A stretch of DNA of 64,000 bases, taken from Squalus acanthias (lineage: Eukaryota). The notes beneath the pieces are model-generated. The model saw only the letters and a list, made by a program, of their open reading frames with translations. It did no database searches and was not told where the DNA came from. Below, one piece after another: positions 1-13,908 of the stretch. The DNA lies in the NCBI GenBank assembly GCA_030390025.1, contig JASTWF010000033.1, forward strand, positions 5,024,001 through 5,088,000. Direction: 5' to 3'. The first letter of the stretch is position 1. Every line of letters begins with the position of its first letter. Made by a program: the position numbers and the translations under genes.

Positions 1-194
1 GAGACTGGCCAAACACCCCGGGACTGGTCAAACACCCGGGACAGGTCAAACCCCCGGGAACGGTCACACCCCCGGGACAGGTAATACCCCCGGGACTGGT
101 CAAACCCCCGGGACTGGCCAAACCCCCCGGGACTGGTCAAACCCCCGGGACTGGTAAAAACTCCAGGGACTGGTCAGAACCCCGGGACTCGTCA
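1..194. repeat. 18-bp GC-rich satellite (GGTCAAACCCCCGGGACY), left part
   Basis: Tandem copies visible directly; the same unit resumes at ~2580 after a CR1 insertion. Confidence 0.95.
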
Positions 195-2579
195 TAGAAA
201 AATAGAAACATAGAAAATAGGTGCAGGAGTAGACCATTCGGTCCTTCGAGCCTGCACCGCCATTCAATGCGTTCATGGCTGAACATGCTACCTCAGTGGC
301 CCATTCCTGCTTTCTCGCAATACCCCTTGATCCCCCTTGATCCCCCTAGTTGTCAGTATTATATCTAACTCCCTTTTGAATATATTTAGCGAACTGGCCT
401 CAACAACCTTCTGTGGTAGAGAATTCCACAGATTCACCACTCTCTGGGTGAAGAAGTTCCTCCTCATCTCAGTCTTAAATGGCTTCCCCTTTATCCATAG
501 ACTGTGACCCCTGGTTTTAGTTTTCCCTAACGTTGGAAACATTCTGCCCGCATCTAATTTGTCTAAACCAGTCAGGATTTTAAACGTCTCTGTAAGATCC
601 CCCCTCATTCTTCTGAACTCCAGAGGATACAAGTTCAGTTGATCCAGGCTTTCTTGATATGTCAGTCTCGCCATCCCAGGAATCAATCTAGTGAACCTTC
701 GTTGCACTCCCTCAATAGCAAGAATGTCCTTCCTCAAGTTAGGAGACCAAAACTGCACACAATACTCCAGGTGTGGCCTCACCAAGGCCCTGTACAACTG
801 TAGCATCACCTCCTTACTCCTGTACTCAAATCCCCTTGCTATGAAGGCCATCATGCCATTTGCTTTCTTGACTGCCTGCTGCACTTGCCTTCCCACCTTC
901 AGTGACTGATGTACCATGACGCCCAGGTCTCGTTGCACCTCCCCTTTCCCTAATCTGCCACCATTCAGGTAATAGTCTGCCTCCCTATTTTTACCACCAA
1001 AGTGGATAACCTCACATTTATCCACATTGTTCTTCATCTGCCATACATTTGCCCATTCACCCAACCTGTCCAAGTCACTCTGTAGCCTCCTAGCATCCTC
1101 CTCATTGTTCACACTGCCTCCCAATTTAGTGTCATCCGCAAATTTGGAGATATTACAATTAATCCCTTCGTCTAAATCATTAATATATAATGTAAACAGC
1201 TGGGGCCCCAGCACCGAACCCTGCGGTACCCCGCTGGTCACTGCCTGCCATTCTGAAAAGTACCCATTTACTCCTACTCTTTGTTTCCTGTGTGCCAACC
1301 AGTTCTCAATCCACGTCAACACATTACCCCCAATCCCATGTGCTTTAACTTTGCACACCAATCTCTTGTGTGGGACCTTGTCGAAGGCCTTCTGAAAGTC
1401 CAAATACACCACATCTACTGGTTCCCCCCCGTCCACCCTATTGGAAACATCCTCAAAAAATTCCAGAAGATTTGTCAAGCATGATTTCCCTTTCACAAAT
1501 CCATGCTGACTTGGACCTATCATGTCGCCACTTTCCAAATGGTCTGTTATGACTTCTTTAATAATTGATTCCATCATTTTACCCACCACTGATGTCAGGC
1601 TGACCGGTCTATAATTCCCTGCTTTCTCCCTCCCTCCTTTTTTAAAAAGAGGGGTTACATTAGCCACCCTCCACTCCTTCGGATCTGAACCAGAGTCTAA
1701 GGAATGTTGGAAAATGATCGTAAATGCATTCACAATTTCCAAGGCCACCTCCTTAAGTACTCTGGGATGCAGACCATCAGGCCCTGGGGATTTATCAGCC
1801 TTCAGTCCCATCAATTTCCCCAACACCTTTTCCCGACTGATAATGATTTCCCTCAGCTCCTCCCTCTTACCAGATCCTTTGATCTATTTTATTTCCGGAA
1901 TGTTGTTTGTGTCCTCCACAGTAAACACCGAACCAAAGTATTTGTTCAATTGATCAGCCATTTCTTTGTTCCCAATTATGACTTCCCCTGTTTCTGACTG
2001 CAGCGGACCTACGTTTGTTTTTACTAACCTCTTTCTTTTTACATATTTATAGAAGCTTTTGCAGTCCGTTTTAATGTTCTCCGCAAGCTTCCTTTCATAT
2101 TTTATTTTCCCTGCCCTAATCAAACCCTTCGTCCTCCTCTGCTGAGTTTTAAAGATCTCCCAGGCCCCGGGTTTGCTGCTACTTCTGGCCAATTTGTATG
2201 CCACTTCCTTGCTTTTAATACTATCCCTGATTTCCCTTGTTAGCCATGGTTGAGCCACCTTCCCTTTTTTATTTTTACGCCAGACAGGGATGTACAATGT
2301 AGTTCATCCATGCGATCTCTAAATGTCTGGCATTGCCCTTCCACTGATAACCCCTTAAATATCGCTTGCCAATCTAACCTCGCCAATTCACACCTCATAC
2401 CCTCAAAGTTGCCGTTATTTAAGTTCTGGACCATGGTCTCTGAATTAATTGTTTCCTTCTCCATCCTAATGTAGAACTCCACCATGCTATGGTCACTCTT
2501 CCCCAAGGGGCCTCGCACCACAAGATTGCTGATTAGTCCTTCCTCATTACACAACACCCAGTCCAGGATGGCCTCCCCT
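195..2579 (-). mobile_element. 5'-truncated CR1 LINE inserted in the satellite (frameshifted ORF2; RT in ORF 288-1826)
   Basis: ORFs 2240-2557, 1884-2297 and 288-1826 give CR1 ORF2 pieces ([35 protein letters not shown]); 3' stem-loop and TTTCTATG-type tail at 195-280. Confidence 0.95.
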
Positions 2580-4740
2580 CAAACCCCCGGGACTCGTCAA
2601 TCCTCCGGGACAGGTAAACCACCGGGACAGGTCACACCCCCGGGACTGCATACACCCCCTGGACCGGTCACACTCCCTGGACCGGTCACCCCCCGGTACC
2701 GGTCAAACCCCCAGGACCGGTCAAACCCCCGACACCGATCAAACACCCGGGACCGGTCCCAACCCCGGGGACAGGTCAACCACCCCGGGACCGGTAACAC
2801 CCCGGGTACCGGTCACACCCCGGGGACTGGTCAACCCCCCGGGAGTGGTCAAAACCCCGGGACCGGTCAAAACCCCGTGACAGGTAAAACCCCCGGGACC
2901 GGTCACACCCCCGGGACAGGTCACACCCCCGGGACCGGTAAAATCCCCGGGATCGTTCAAACCCCCGGGACCGGTCAAACCACCGGGACCGGTCACACCC
3001 CGGGACTGGTCAAACCCCCGGGACAGGTCAAACCCCCGGGACCGGTCAAACCCCGGGACTGGTCACAACCACTGGGATCGGTCACACCCCAGGGACCGGT
3101 CACACCCCCGGGACAGGTCAAACGCCTGGGACTGGTTAAACCCCCCGGGACTGGTCACACCCCCGGAACAGGTCAAACCCCCGGGACCGGTCACACCCCC
3201 CGGGAGTGGTCAAACCACCAGGACCGGTCAAATCCCCGGGATCGGTCAAACCCCTGGGACCGGTCAAACCCCGGGACCGGTCAAACCCCCGGGATTGTTC
3301 AAACCCCCGGGACCAGTCAAACCCCCCGGGACAGGTCAAACCCCCGGGACTGGTCAAACCCCCGGGACCGGTCACACCCCCAGGACTGGTCAAACCCCCG
3401 GGACCGGTCAAACACCCGGGGCGGTCACACCCCTGGGACTGGTCAAACCCCCGGGACTGGTCAAACCCCCGGGACCGGTCACACCCCCGGGACTGGTCAA
3501 ACCCCAGGGACCGGTCACACCCCCGGGACTGGTCAAACCCCCGGGACCGGTCAAAACCCCAGGGACCGGTCACACCCCCGGGACTGGTCAAACCCCCGGG
3601 ACCGGTCAAAACCCCGGGACTGGTCACACCCCCGGGAATGGTCAAACCCCATGGACTGGTCAAACCCCCGGGACTGGTCAAACCCCCGGGTCTGGTCAGA
3701 CCCCCGGGACCGGTCACACCCCCGGGACTGGTCAAACCCCCGGGACTGGTCAAACCCCCGTGTCTGTTCAGACCCCCTGGACCGGTCAAACCCCCGGAAA
3801 CTGTTCAAACCCCCGGGACAGGTCAAACCCCCAGGACCGGTCAAACCCCCGGGACAGGTCACACCCCCGGGACCGGTCAAACACCCGGAACCGGTCAAAC
3901 CCCCAGGACAGGTCACACCCCCGGGACTGGTCAAACCCCCGGGACTGGTCAAACCCCCAGGACTGGTCAAACCCCCGGGACTGGTCAAAGCCCCGGGACT
4001 GGTCAGACCCCCGGGACTGGTCAGTCCCCCGGGACAGGTGAAACCACTGGGACAGGTCACACACCCGGGACTGTTCACACCCCCTGGACCGGTCACACCC
4101 CCTGGACCGGTCACCCCCTGGGACCGGTCAAACCCCCGGGACCGTTCAAACCCCCGACACGGATGAAACCCCCAGGACCGTTCACAACCCCCGGGACTGG
4201 TCAACCCCCCGGGAGCGGTCAAACCCCCGGGACCGGTCAAACCCCCGGGACCGGTAAACCCCCGGGATCATTCAAACCCCCGGGACCAGTCAAAACCCCG
4301 GGACCGGTCAACCACATGGAACCAGTCAAACCCCCGGGACCAGTCAAACCCCCGGGACCGGTCAAACCCCCGGGACCGGTTAAACCCGCGGGACCGGTCA
4401 ATCCCCTGGGAACAGTCAAAGTCCCGGAATCATTCAAACCCCCGGGGATTGGTCACACCCCCGGGACACGTGAAACCCCCGGGACTGGTCAACGACCCAG
4501 AACCAATCAAACCCCTGGGACCAGTCAAACCCCCGGGACGGGTCAAACTCCCGGGACCGGTCAAATCCCCGGTACCTATCAAACCACCGGGATCGTTCAA
4601 ACCCCCGGGACCGGTCAAACTCCCGGGACCGGTCACACCCCTGGGATCGGTCAAACCCCCAGGACCAGTCAAAGTCCCGGAACCGCTTCAAACCCCCGGG
4701 GATCGGTCACACCTCCCGGGACAGGTCAAATCCCCTGGTC
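2580..4740. repeat. 18-bp GC-rich satellite (GGTCAAACCCCCGGGACY), ~2.1 kb
   Basis: Tandem 18-mers; the 6-aa periodicity of overlapping ORFs (TPGTGQ) confirms the period. Confidence 0.97.
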
Positions 4741-5077
4741 CATGATCGGACACACCACTCGATCAGACGCCCCATCCAACCCAGTTTCATCCATCCGACC
4801 TACCTGGTCCTGCTCCGGAGTCCCCCCACCCCGTCCGACTGGAAGCTCGACTGTCAATCAGGCTGACTTCCGGGGTGGGGAACCAGTCAAGGACAAAGGA
4901 CGTATGCTGTGGAGTTAAGACACCCAAACGTCCGGGAATAGCTGGACTTCCTGGTATCCTGTCTGATATTCCACATCCACCCCATACCCACCGGCCATCG
5001 TACATAACCCGCCTCTCTTAATATCCAGGCGGAAGTATATGAGCAGATGCAAAATACGGAGACTGCTTTAATTCTGA

Positions 5078-7100
5078 TAAGAACATAAGAACATAAGAAA
5101 TTGGAGCAGGAGTAGGCCATTTGGCCCTTCGAGCCTGCTCCACCATTCAATGAGATCATGGCTGATCTTCTGCCTCAATTCCATTCACCGGCCTTATCGC
5201 CATATCCCTTGATGCCCTTACTAGTCAGAAATCTATCGACCTGTTTTGAATATACCCAATGACTGAGCATCCACAGCCCTCTGGGGTAGAGAATTCGAAA
5301 GATTTACCACCCTCTGTGTGAAGAAATTTCTTCTTATCCTTGTCCTGAATGGCCTACCATTTATCCAAAGGCTGTGGCCCCCGGTTCTAGACTCCCCAGC
5401 CAAGGGAAACATTCTCCCAGCAGCCACCCTAACAAGCCCTGTAATAATTTTGTATGCTTCAATGAGAACCCCTCTCATTCTTCTGAATTCAAGAGAATAC
5501 AGGCCTAGTTTACCCAATCTCTTCTCATACGACAGATCCGTCATCCCAGGAATAAATCTCGTGAACCTTCGTTGCACTCCCTCGATGGCAAGTATATCCT
5601 TCCTTATGTAAGGAGACCATAATTGTACACAGTACTCCAGGTGTGGTCTCACCAAGGCCCTATAGAATTGGAGGAAGACTTCTTTACTCCTGTACGCAAG
5701 TATCGTCTTGTAATGAAGGCCAGCATACCATTTGCCTTCCTAATGGCTTGCTGCACCTGCACATTCACTTTCAGTGACTCATGTACAAGAACACCCAGGT
5801 ACCCTTTGAGCATCTGCATTCCCCAATCTTTCACCATTTAGGAAATACTCTGCCTTTCCGTTTTTTCGACCAAAGTGGATAACTTCACATTTATCCTCAT
5901 TATAATCCATCTGCTATGTTCTCGCCCACTCACTGAGCCTGTCGACATCCCTTTGAAGCCTCTTCAGATCATCTTCGCAACTGACACTGCCACCTAGCTT
6001 TGTGTCATCAGCAAATTTGGAAATGTTACATTTAGTCACATCATTCAAATCATTGATATAGATTGTGAATAGCTGGGGCCCAAGCACCGATCCTTGCGGT
6101 ACCCCACTAGTAACAGCCTGCCATCCTGAAAAAGACTAATTTATCCCTACTCTGTTTCCTGTCTGTTAATCAATTCTCAATCCATGCTAGTATATTACCC
6201 CCAATTCCAAGTGCCCTAATTTTTTTCACCAACCTCTTGTGTGGGACCTTATCGAAGGCCTTCTGAAAATCCAAATGCACCACATCTACCGGTTCCCCTT
6301 TGTCTACTCCAGTAGTTACATCCTCAAAGAACTCCAATAGGTTTGTCAAACAGGCCTTCCCTTTCATAAAACCATATTGACTCTGCCCAATCTTACTATC
6401 AGTTTCTAAGTGCCCAGTTATTGCATCCTTTATAATAGATTCCAGCAGTTTCCCAACGACTGATGTGAGACTAGCAGGTCTGTAGTTCCCCTTTTCTCTC
6501 TCCCTCCTTTCTTAAAAAGCGGTGTTACATTTGCTATCCTCCAATCTGCAGGAACCATTCCCGAATCTATAGAATTTTGGAAGATGACAACCAATGCGTC
6601 CACTATCCCAATGGCCAACTCTTTCAAAACCCGAGGATGTCGGTCATCCGGTCCTTGGGATTTATTAACGTTTAGTCCCATTAATTTTGCTAGTACTGTT
6701 TTTTTACTAATAATAATTTCATTATGTACTTCATTCTCGACACACCCTTGGTTTTCTTGTATTTCTGGGAGGTTTTTTGTGTCTTCCTCCGTGAAGACAG
6801 AAACAAAGTATTTATTTAATTTCTCTGACATTTCCTCATTCCCCATTATAAATTCTCCCGTCTCTGACTGTAAAGGATCTGCATTTACCTTCGCCAGTCT
6901 TTGTCTTTTCACATACCTATAGAAGTTTTACAATCCGTTTTTATATTTTTCGCTAATTTGTGCTCATATTCCATTTTCCCTTTCTTTATCCATTTCTTGG
7001 TCCCCCTTTGCTGATTTCTAAAAGATCCCAATCCTCAGGCTGACTGTGTTTTCTGACAACTTTATAAGCTTCCTCCTTTTACTTAATACTAGCTTTAATT
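5078..7100 (-). mobile_element. Degenerate 5'-truncated CR1 LINE
   Basis: ORF2 fragments 6430-6912, 6170-6367, 5649-5837, 5233-5655; (TTCTTATG)n tail at 5078-5100. Confidence 0.93.
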
Positions 7101-7104
7101 TATT

Positions 7105-8480
7105 AAAAAAGACAATGCTGTAAACACTCAGCGGGTCAGGCAGCATCTGTGCAGAGAGAAACAGAGTTAACATTTCAGGTCCATGACCTTTCATCAGAAC
7201 TGGACGATTCCAGATATTATCAGTATTAAAGCAATGATAGAGTCACAGAAAAGCGCTTTAGCATAAGGATAGAAAAAAGAGGAATCTCTATGATTGGTTG
7301 GAGGGCAGGAGTGATTCAATGACTAAAGGGATGATGGTGCAAGACGAATGGGACAATCAAAGAAACAGAAGATTGGTCTAGAGGAGGTGTAAATGGTTAC
7401 AGCAGAATAACAAGTGGGAGGGGATGTAGGGCACATGTGGCAGAGAAAGTTGGGTAGACTCCAGGTGTTTGGGCCAGCCCGCTGACCGTGTACCGGGATC
7501 GCCACCCCAAGCCCCAGCCCAAACCTCCTCCACTCCCAGTGGCTCTGGTGGAGCCATCCTCCATGACCAGCACATGTCGTCCGAGAAAACGGGAGCGGAG
7601 GTTATGATCTGAAGTTTTTAAACTTAGTGTTGAATCCGGCAGGCAATAAAATGCCGAATCGAAAAATAAGGTGCTGTTCCTCATTGAGTTTAAAATGGGA
7701 ACAGTGCAGGAGGCCGAGAACAGAGAGTTCAGAGTGGGAGTGGGATGTAGAATTAAAGTGGGAAGTGACCTGAAGCTCTGGACTGAACGGAGGCGTTCAG
7801 CAAAGCAATCACTCAATCTGTGCTTAGTCCACCCAATGTACAGGAGACTGGATCGTGGAAGCGAGTATGATTTACTGAAATGGTGGAAGTACAAGTAAAT
7901 TAGACTTTCACGTGGATGGAATGTTTGGGGCCTTGGCTGGTGGGAAGGAAAGATGGGAAAGGGCAGCTGTTGCATCTCCTGCGCTTGCATAGGAAGGTGC
8001 CGGGGAAGGGGAGCCGATGTTAGTGGTGATGGAAGAGTGGACCAGAGTGCTGCGAGGGCCGGGGGGATGGGAGTGCAGGGGAAGATAGGTTTGTTGTTGG
8101 CCTTAGCTGGACATGATGGAAATGGCAGAGGATGATCCGTTGAATGTGAAGGCTGGTGCAGTGGAAGCTGAGGACAAGAGGTGATGGGAGCAATGCAGAT
8201 TGACACGGTCGAGGGCCCTGTCATTCACAATGGAGGTGAATACTCGGCTGAGGAAATATGAAAACATTTCAGAAGCACTGGTGTGAAAGGTGGCATCGTC
8301 AGAACATATGCAACGGTGGCGGAGAAAATTTGAGAATAGAATATAGCCCTTCCAGGATGCCAGGTGGGAGGAAGTCTACTCAAGATTGCTGTGGGAGTTG
8401 GTGGGATTATAGTAGTTATTGGTGGATGGCCTAGACCCTGAAATGAAGATCGAGAAGTCGAGGAAGGGAATGGAAGATCA
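7105..8480 (-). mobile_element. Degenerate Penelope-like element (GIY-YIG part and terminal repeat)
   Basis: YIGWTKHRLSDCFAERLRSV in ORF 7397-8224; reverse-complement similarity to 26200-27410; terminal segment 7110-7203 shared with 27310-27410 and 57233-57331. Confidence 0.85.
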
Positions 8481-8482
8481 CT

Positions 8483-10625
8483 GTGGTTCACCATTTAAAT
8501 GTTATTCCTGTATTTAAAATGGAAGATAGAACAATTCCATGGATCTACAGACCAGTTAGCATAACGTCGATGTTAGGAAAGTTAATGGAATCCTTACTCA
8601 AAGATGTAACAGGAAAACATCTAGAAACACAAAATATAATAACGAGTAGTCAGCAGGTTTTCCAAAAGGGAATCATAGAATGGTTACCGCACAGAAGGAG
8701 GCCATTCGGCCTGTCGAGCCCGTGCTCACTCTCTGCACATGCACTGCAGCTAATCCCAATCCCCGCCCTTTCACCGTAGCCCTGCAATTCTTTTCCTTCA
8801 GGTAATTATCCCATTTCCTTTTGAAAGCCACGATTGAATCTGCCTCCACCACCCTTTCAGACAGTACATTACAGATCATAACCCAACGCTGCCTTAAAAA
8901 GTTTTTCCTCATGTCACCTTTGGATCTTCAGCACATCAGCAAAAACCTGTGCCCTCTGGTTCTTGACCGTTCTACCAATGGGAACAGCTTCTCTCTATCT
9001 GCTCTGTCTACTCTGTCTAGAACCCTCATCATTTTGATCACCTCTATCAAATCTCCACTCAATCTTTTCTGCTATACTGAGACCAACCCCAGCTTCTCTA
9101 GTATATCTACATAACTGAAGTCCCTCATCCCTGGAAACATTCTTGTGAATCTTTTCTGCACCCTCTCTAAAGCCTTCATGCCCCTTCCTAAAGTGCGATG
9201 TCCAGAATTGGACATAATACTCCAGTTGTGGCCGAACCAATGTTTCATAAATGTTTATCATAATTTCTTTGCTTTTGTACTCTATGACTCTATTTATAAA
9301 GCTCAGATTCCAGTAAGCATTTTTAACCGCTTTCTCAACTTGCCCTGCCACATTCAACGATTTTTGTACATGTACCCCCGGGTCCATCTGTTCCTGCACC
9401 CACTTTGGAATGTCTTGCTTGAGTAACCTTAGTGAATTCTTTGAATAAGTATCAGAAAGATTAGATAAGGGTTATGCAGGAGATATATTTGATTTTTTAA
9501 AGCCATTCGATAAGGGACCAAATAGCAGACTGAATCACAGAGCAAGTGGAGTTAGGAGACAAGCAGCAGAATGGATAGCAAGATGGCTGCAAGAACAGAA
9601 AATAGGGAGTAGTGGATAAAGGTATTTACTCAGATAGGTGGATGGTGAGAAGTGATGTTCCACAAGGATCGGCGTTGCAATCATTGTTGTTCACCATTTT
9701 CATATATTGAATCGGGAAGCAGAAGAACAAATTCAAAATTTGCAGATGAATCCAAATTGGAAGTACAGTTAATACAGAGGAAGAATGCAGCAGAATACCG
9801 GCAGACATTAATACACTTGCAGAAAGGGCATTTAAATGGCAAATTAATTTCAATATAGCTAAGTGAGAGGTACTGCATTTTGGTAGGAAGAATAAGGTTC
9901 CCAAGTGCTCCTTGGAAATCAGAGTGGGAATGAGGTAGAGGGGTACCGGTAACAAATCATTTAAAGTAGCAACGCATATTAACAAGTCCATAAACATGGA
10001 AACAATGCACTGGGGTTCATTTCTAGAAGAACTGAATCGTAAAGCAAAGAGGTTAGCTTAAACTTATATCGAACCTTGGTTATACCACACTGAGCGTACT
10101 GTGTGCAGTTCTGATCTCCATATTACATAAAGGATTGTATGGCTCAGGAGAAAGTGCAATATTTTTACAAGGATGACACCAGAACTGAGACATTATAAAC
10201 ATCAGGAAAGATTGAACAGGCTGTGGCTCCTTTCTTTACAAAAGAGAAGGCTGAGGGGTGGCCGAATAGAGGCCTTTAAATTTTGAAGGGGTAACATCGG
10301 GTAGATGTTTATACTCGTAACGTGAGTGCAAAATTGGAGATTATCGATAAAGGATAGTCACTAATAAATCCAACACGGATTTGAGGAGAAATGTCTTTAC
10401 TCAGAGATTGGTTAGAATGTGGAACTCGCTACAGCTTGGAGTACTTAAGGCGAATAGCAGAGATGCATTTAAGGGGAAGCGAGACAAGTACACGAGGTAG
10501 AAAGCAGTGGAAGGTTATGCTGATAGGGTTTGATGAAGAGGGGTGGGAGGAGGCGCCTGTGGAGCATAAACACTGGTATAACCTAGTAGGGCCGAATGGC
10601 CTGCTTTGTGCTGTAAATTCGAAGG
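8483..10625 (+). mobile_element. Old CR1 ORF2 remnant split by an antisense CR1 fragment at ~8672-9414
   Basis: YRPVSITSMLGKLMESLLKD at 8540-8610 continues after ~9415 (SKFADESKL near 9735); the inner minus-strand piece has LVRPQLEYYVQFW. Confidence 0.8.
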
Positions 10626-10679
10626 AGTTCTCCGTAACTTGAGTACAAATTAATCACATTCATCAGTTCATTTTCCGGT

Positions 10680-12061
10680 AGTGTAGAAAATGCTAGAGTC
10701 CATTATAAAAGATGTAATGGCAGAGCACTTGGAAAATAGTGACACGTTCGGACAAAGTCAACATGGATGTACAAAAGGCAAATCGTGCTTGTCTAATCTA
10801 CTGGAATTTTTTGAGGATGTAATTGGGAAAATAAATAAGGGAGAACCAGAGGATGTGGTGTATTTGGACTTTCAGAAGGCTGTCTATAAGGTCCCGCATA
10901 ATAGATTGCGTGTAAAGTTAAGGCACATGGGATTGGGGGCAAGGTATTGACTTGCATAGATAATTGGTTGGCAGACAGAAAGCAAAGAGTTGGAATAAAT
11001 GGGTATTTTTCTGAGTGGCAGGCGATGACTAGTGGGGTACTGCAGGGATCAGTCCTAAGACCCCAGCTATTCACAATATATATTAATGATCTGGACGATG
11101 GAATTGGATGTAATATATCCAAGTTTGCAGACGACACAAAGCTGGGTGGGAGTGTGTGCTGTGAGGAGGATCCCGAGAAACTCCAGTACGATTTGGACAG
11201 GTTGGGGGATTGGGCAGAAGCATGGCAGATGCAATATAATGTGGATAAATGCAAGTTTATCCACTTTGGTGTCAAAAACAGGAAGGCAGATTATTATCTG
11301 AATGGCAATAGATTGGGAGAAGGGGAACTGCAACGAGACCTGGGTGTCCCTGTGCACCAATCGCTGAAGGTAAGCATGCAGGTGCAGCAGGCGGTTAAGA
11401 AGGCAAATGGTATGTTGGCCTTCGTAGTGAAAGGGTTCGAGTACAGGAACAAGGATGTCTTGCTGCAGTTGTACAGGGCCTTGGTGAGACCACATCTTCA
11501 GTATTGTGTGCAGTTTTGGTCGCCTTATCTGAGGAAGGATTTTCTTGCCATGGAGGGAGTGCAGCGAAGATTCACCAGGCTGATACCCGGTATGGCAGGA
11601 ATGGCGTATGAGGAGAGATTGGGTTGATTGGGCTTATACTCAATGGAGTTTAGAAGAATGAGAGAGGATCTCATTGAAACTTATAACATTCTAACAGGAC
11701 TAGACAGACTAGATGCAGGAAGGATGTTCCCGATGGCCGGGGAGTCCATAACCAGGGGTCACAGTCTAAGGATAAGGGGTGAGCCATTTAGGACTGAGAT
11801 GAGGAGGAATTTATTCACCCAGAGAGTGGTGAACCTGTGGAAATCTCTGCCACAGAAGGCAGTAGAGGCCACTTCATTAAATATATTCAAGAAGGAGTTA
11901 GATATATTTCTTAAAACTAAAGGGATCAAGGGATATGGGGAGAAAGCAGGGACAGGGTACTGAGGTTGGATGATCAGCCATGATCTCATTGAATGGCGAA
12001 CAGGCTCAAGGGGCTGAATGGTCTACTCCTGCTCCTATCTTCTATGTTTCTATGTTTCTAT
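10680..12061 (+). mobile_element. 5'-truncated CR1 LINE 3' end
   Basis: RT fragments 10690-10950, 10947-11627, 11628-11963; 3' stem-loop and (TTCTATGT)n tail. Confidence 0.95.
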
Positions 12062-12627
12062 TTACTCATTGCGGATATTGAAGTGTTTTATTTATTGAAG
12101 CATTATCCGATATATTACATTATTATCAATTTATTAATGCTATTATTTACTGCCCCCGGGGCTGATATCTGTATTGTGAAAACCCGATATGCATGTTCTT
12201 CAGTTATACGTTTCCCTCCTCGCAGGGACGCACCTCACTGAGCTAAAGCCAGAGATCGTTGCAGGTTACCTGTGTAGAGACTCTGAATCAGAAATAAGAA
12301 CTGGTTCGCCAAATCTTAATCAGTTACAGAGGTGGAATAATCAATAACCACAGCCTGTCATCCTGTCTAACGGTAACATAATGAAATTCAGGACTCATGG
12401 TCCACAGATTCTCAGGAATGTGTTGGCGGAAGGGGATTAATCAGCACCAAAACAATTAAAGTGTTTACAATAACTATACATGGAGTCAGAATAAGTCATT
12501 ATAGAGAGGATTTGAATACTGTAACACTGCTATCCTTCTGTTTACCTGTAAGTAATTAGTTAACATCTGTTTCTGTTGGAGCAGTTCATAGGAAACAAAG
12601 CATTATCAATACATTTCACCTTATATA

Positions 12628-13130
12628 TGAACATAAGTTCATAAGAAACATTAGCTGGAGTAGGGCATACGGCCCCTCGAGCCAGCTCCGACATTCAATA
12701 AGATCATGGCTGATCATCGACCTCAAAAGCCCTTTCCTGCCCGATCTCCATATCCCTTGATTCCCCGAGAGTCCAAAAATCCATCTATCTCAGTCTTGAA
12801 TATATTCAAAGACTCAGCATTCAAAGGCCTCTGGGCAGAGAATTCCAAAGTTTCACAACCCTCTGAGTGAAGAATACCCTTCTCATCTCAGTCTCAAATG
12901 GCCTACCCCTTATCCTGAGACTGTGCCCCATAGTTCTCGACACTCCAGCCAGGGAAAACAACCTCTCAGCATCTAGCCCTGGCCATCCCCTTCAGAATCT
13001 TGTATGTTTCAATGAGATCACCTCTCATTCTTCTAAACTGCAGAGAGTATAGGCCCAATCTCCACAATCTCTCATCATAGGACAGCCCTCTCATCCCAGG
13101 AATCAATCTCGTGAAACTTCGCTGCACGCC
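12628..13130 (-). mobile_element. CR1 3' fragment
   Basis: GVQRSFTRLIPGMRGLSY...RMRGDLIETYKIL plus tail repeats at 12628-12650. Confidence 0.9.
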
Positions 13131-13271
13131 CCATTTGCTTATAACCAAACTTCTTCAACCAACAGCTTAAATCTTCCTCTTTGCCATAGATGACTTTGGG
13201 AAAACACAAATGCAGCTCTATGAAGGGGATAGATCAGTTATCTAAAACAATAATTTCAATTTGGAAACGAC

Positions 13272-13908
13272 TTGTTCCACTCCGGTTAGTGACCCACACT
13301 CAGTACAATTCTACAGTGACAGATACTCCCAGTAATACATGGCCACTGGGGTCAGGTGTTCCACTCCGGTTAGTGACCCACACTCAGTACAATTCTACAG
13401 TGACAGATACTCCCAGTAATACATGGCCACTGGGGTCAGGTGTTCCACTCCTGTTAGTGACCCACACTCAGTACTGTTCTACAGTGACAGATACTACCAG
13501 TAATATATGGCCACTGGGGTCAGGTGTTCCACTCCGGTTAGTGACCCACACTCAGTACAGATCTACAGTGACAGATACTCCCAGTAATACATGGCCACTG
13601 GGGTCAGGTGTTCCACTCCTGTTAGTGACCCACATTCAGCACAGATCTACAGTGACAGATACTCCCAGTAATACATGGCCACTGGGGTCAGGTGTTCCAC
13701 TCCGGTCAGTGACCCACATTCAGCACAGATCTACAGTGACAGATACTCCCAGTAATACATGGCCACTGGGGTCAGGTGTTCCACTCCGGTTAGTGACCCA
13801 CATTCAGCACAGATCTACAGTGACAGATACTCCCAGTAATACTTGGCCACTGGGGTCAGGTGTTCCACTCCGGTTAGTGACCCACACTCAGTAGCTCTAC
13901 AGTGACAG
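13272..13908. repeat. 84-bp minisatellite, ~7.5 copies
   Basis: Unit TGTTCCACTCCGGTTAGTGACCCACACTCAGTAC...TGGCCACTGGGGTCAGG recurs every 84 bp (13441, 13525, 13609, 13693, 13777, 13861). Confidence 0.97.

Noticed and set aside
691..1997. Short ORFs antisense to CR1 ORF2 (here and throughout the window)
   Set aside because: Shadow frames of LINE coding sequence.
2484..4918. Long Pro/Gly/Thr ORFs (560 and 570 aa) resembling mucin- or collagen-like proteins
   Set aside because: Stop-free translations of an 18-bp satellite, open in several frames on both strands.
4745..5077. Unique segment as GPCR exon 2 or ncRNA
   Set aside because: No TM-like frame or recognisable RNA motif.
13190..13894. 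234-aa ORF with 28-aa repeats; CRISPR-like appearance
   Set aside because: Head-to-tail minisatellite with no unique spacers or cas genes; the frame is open because 84 is divisible by 3.
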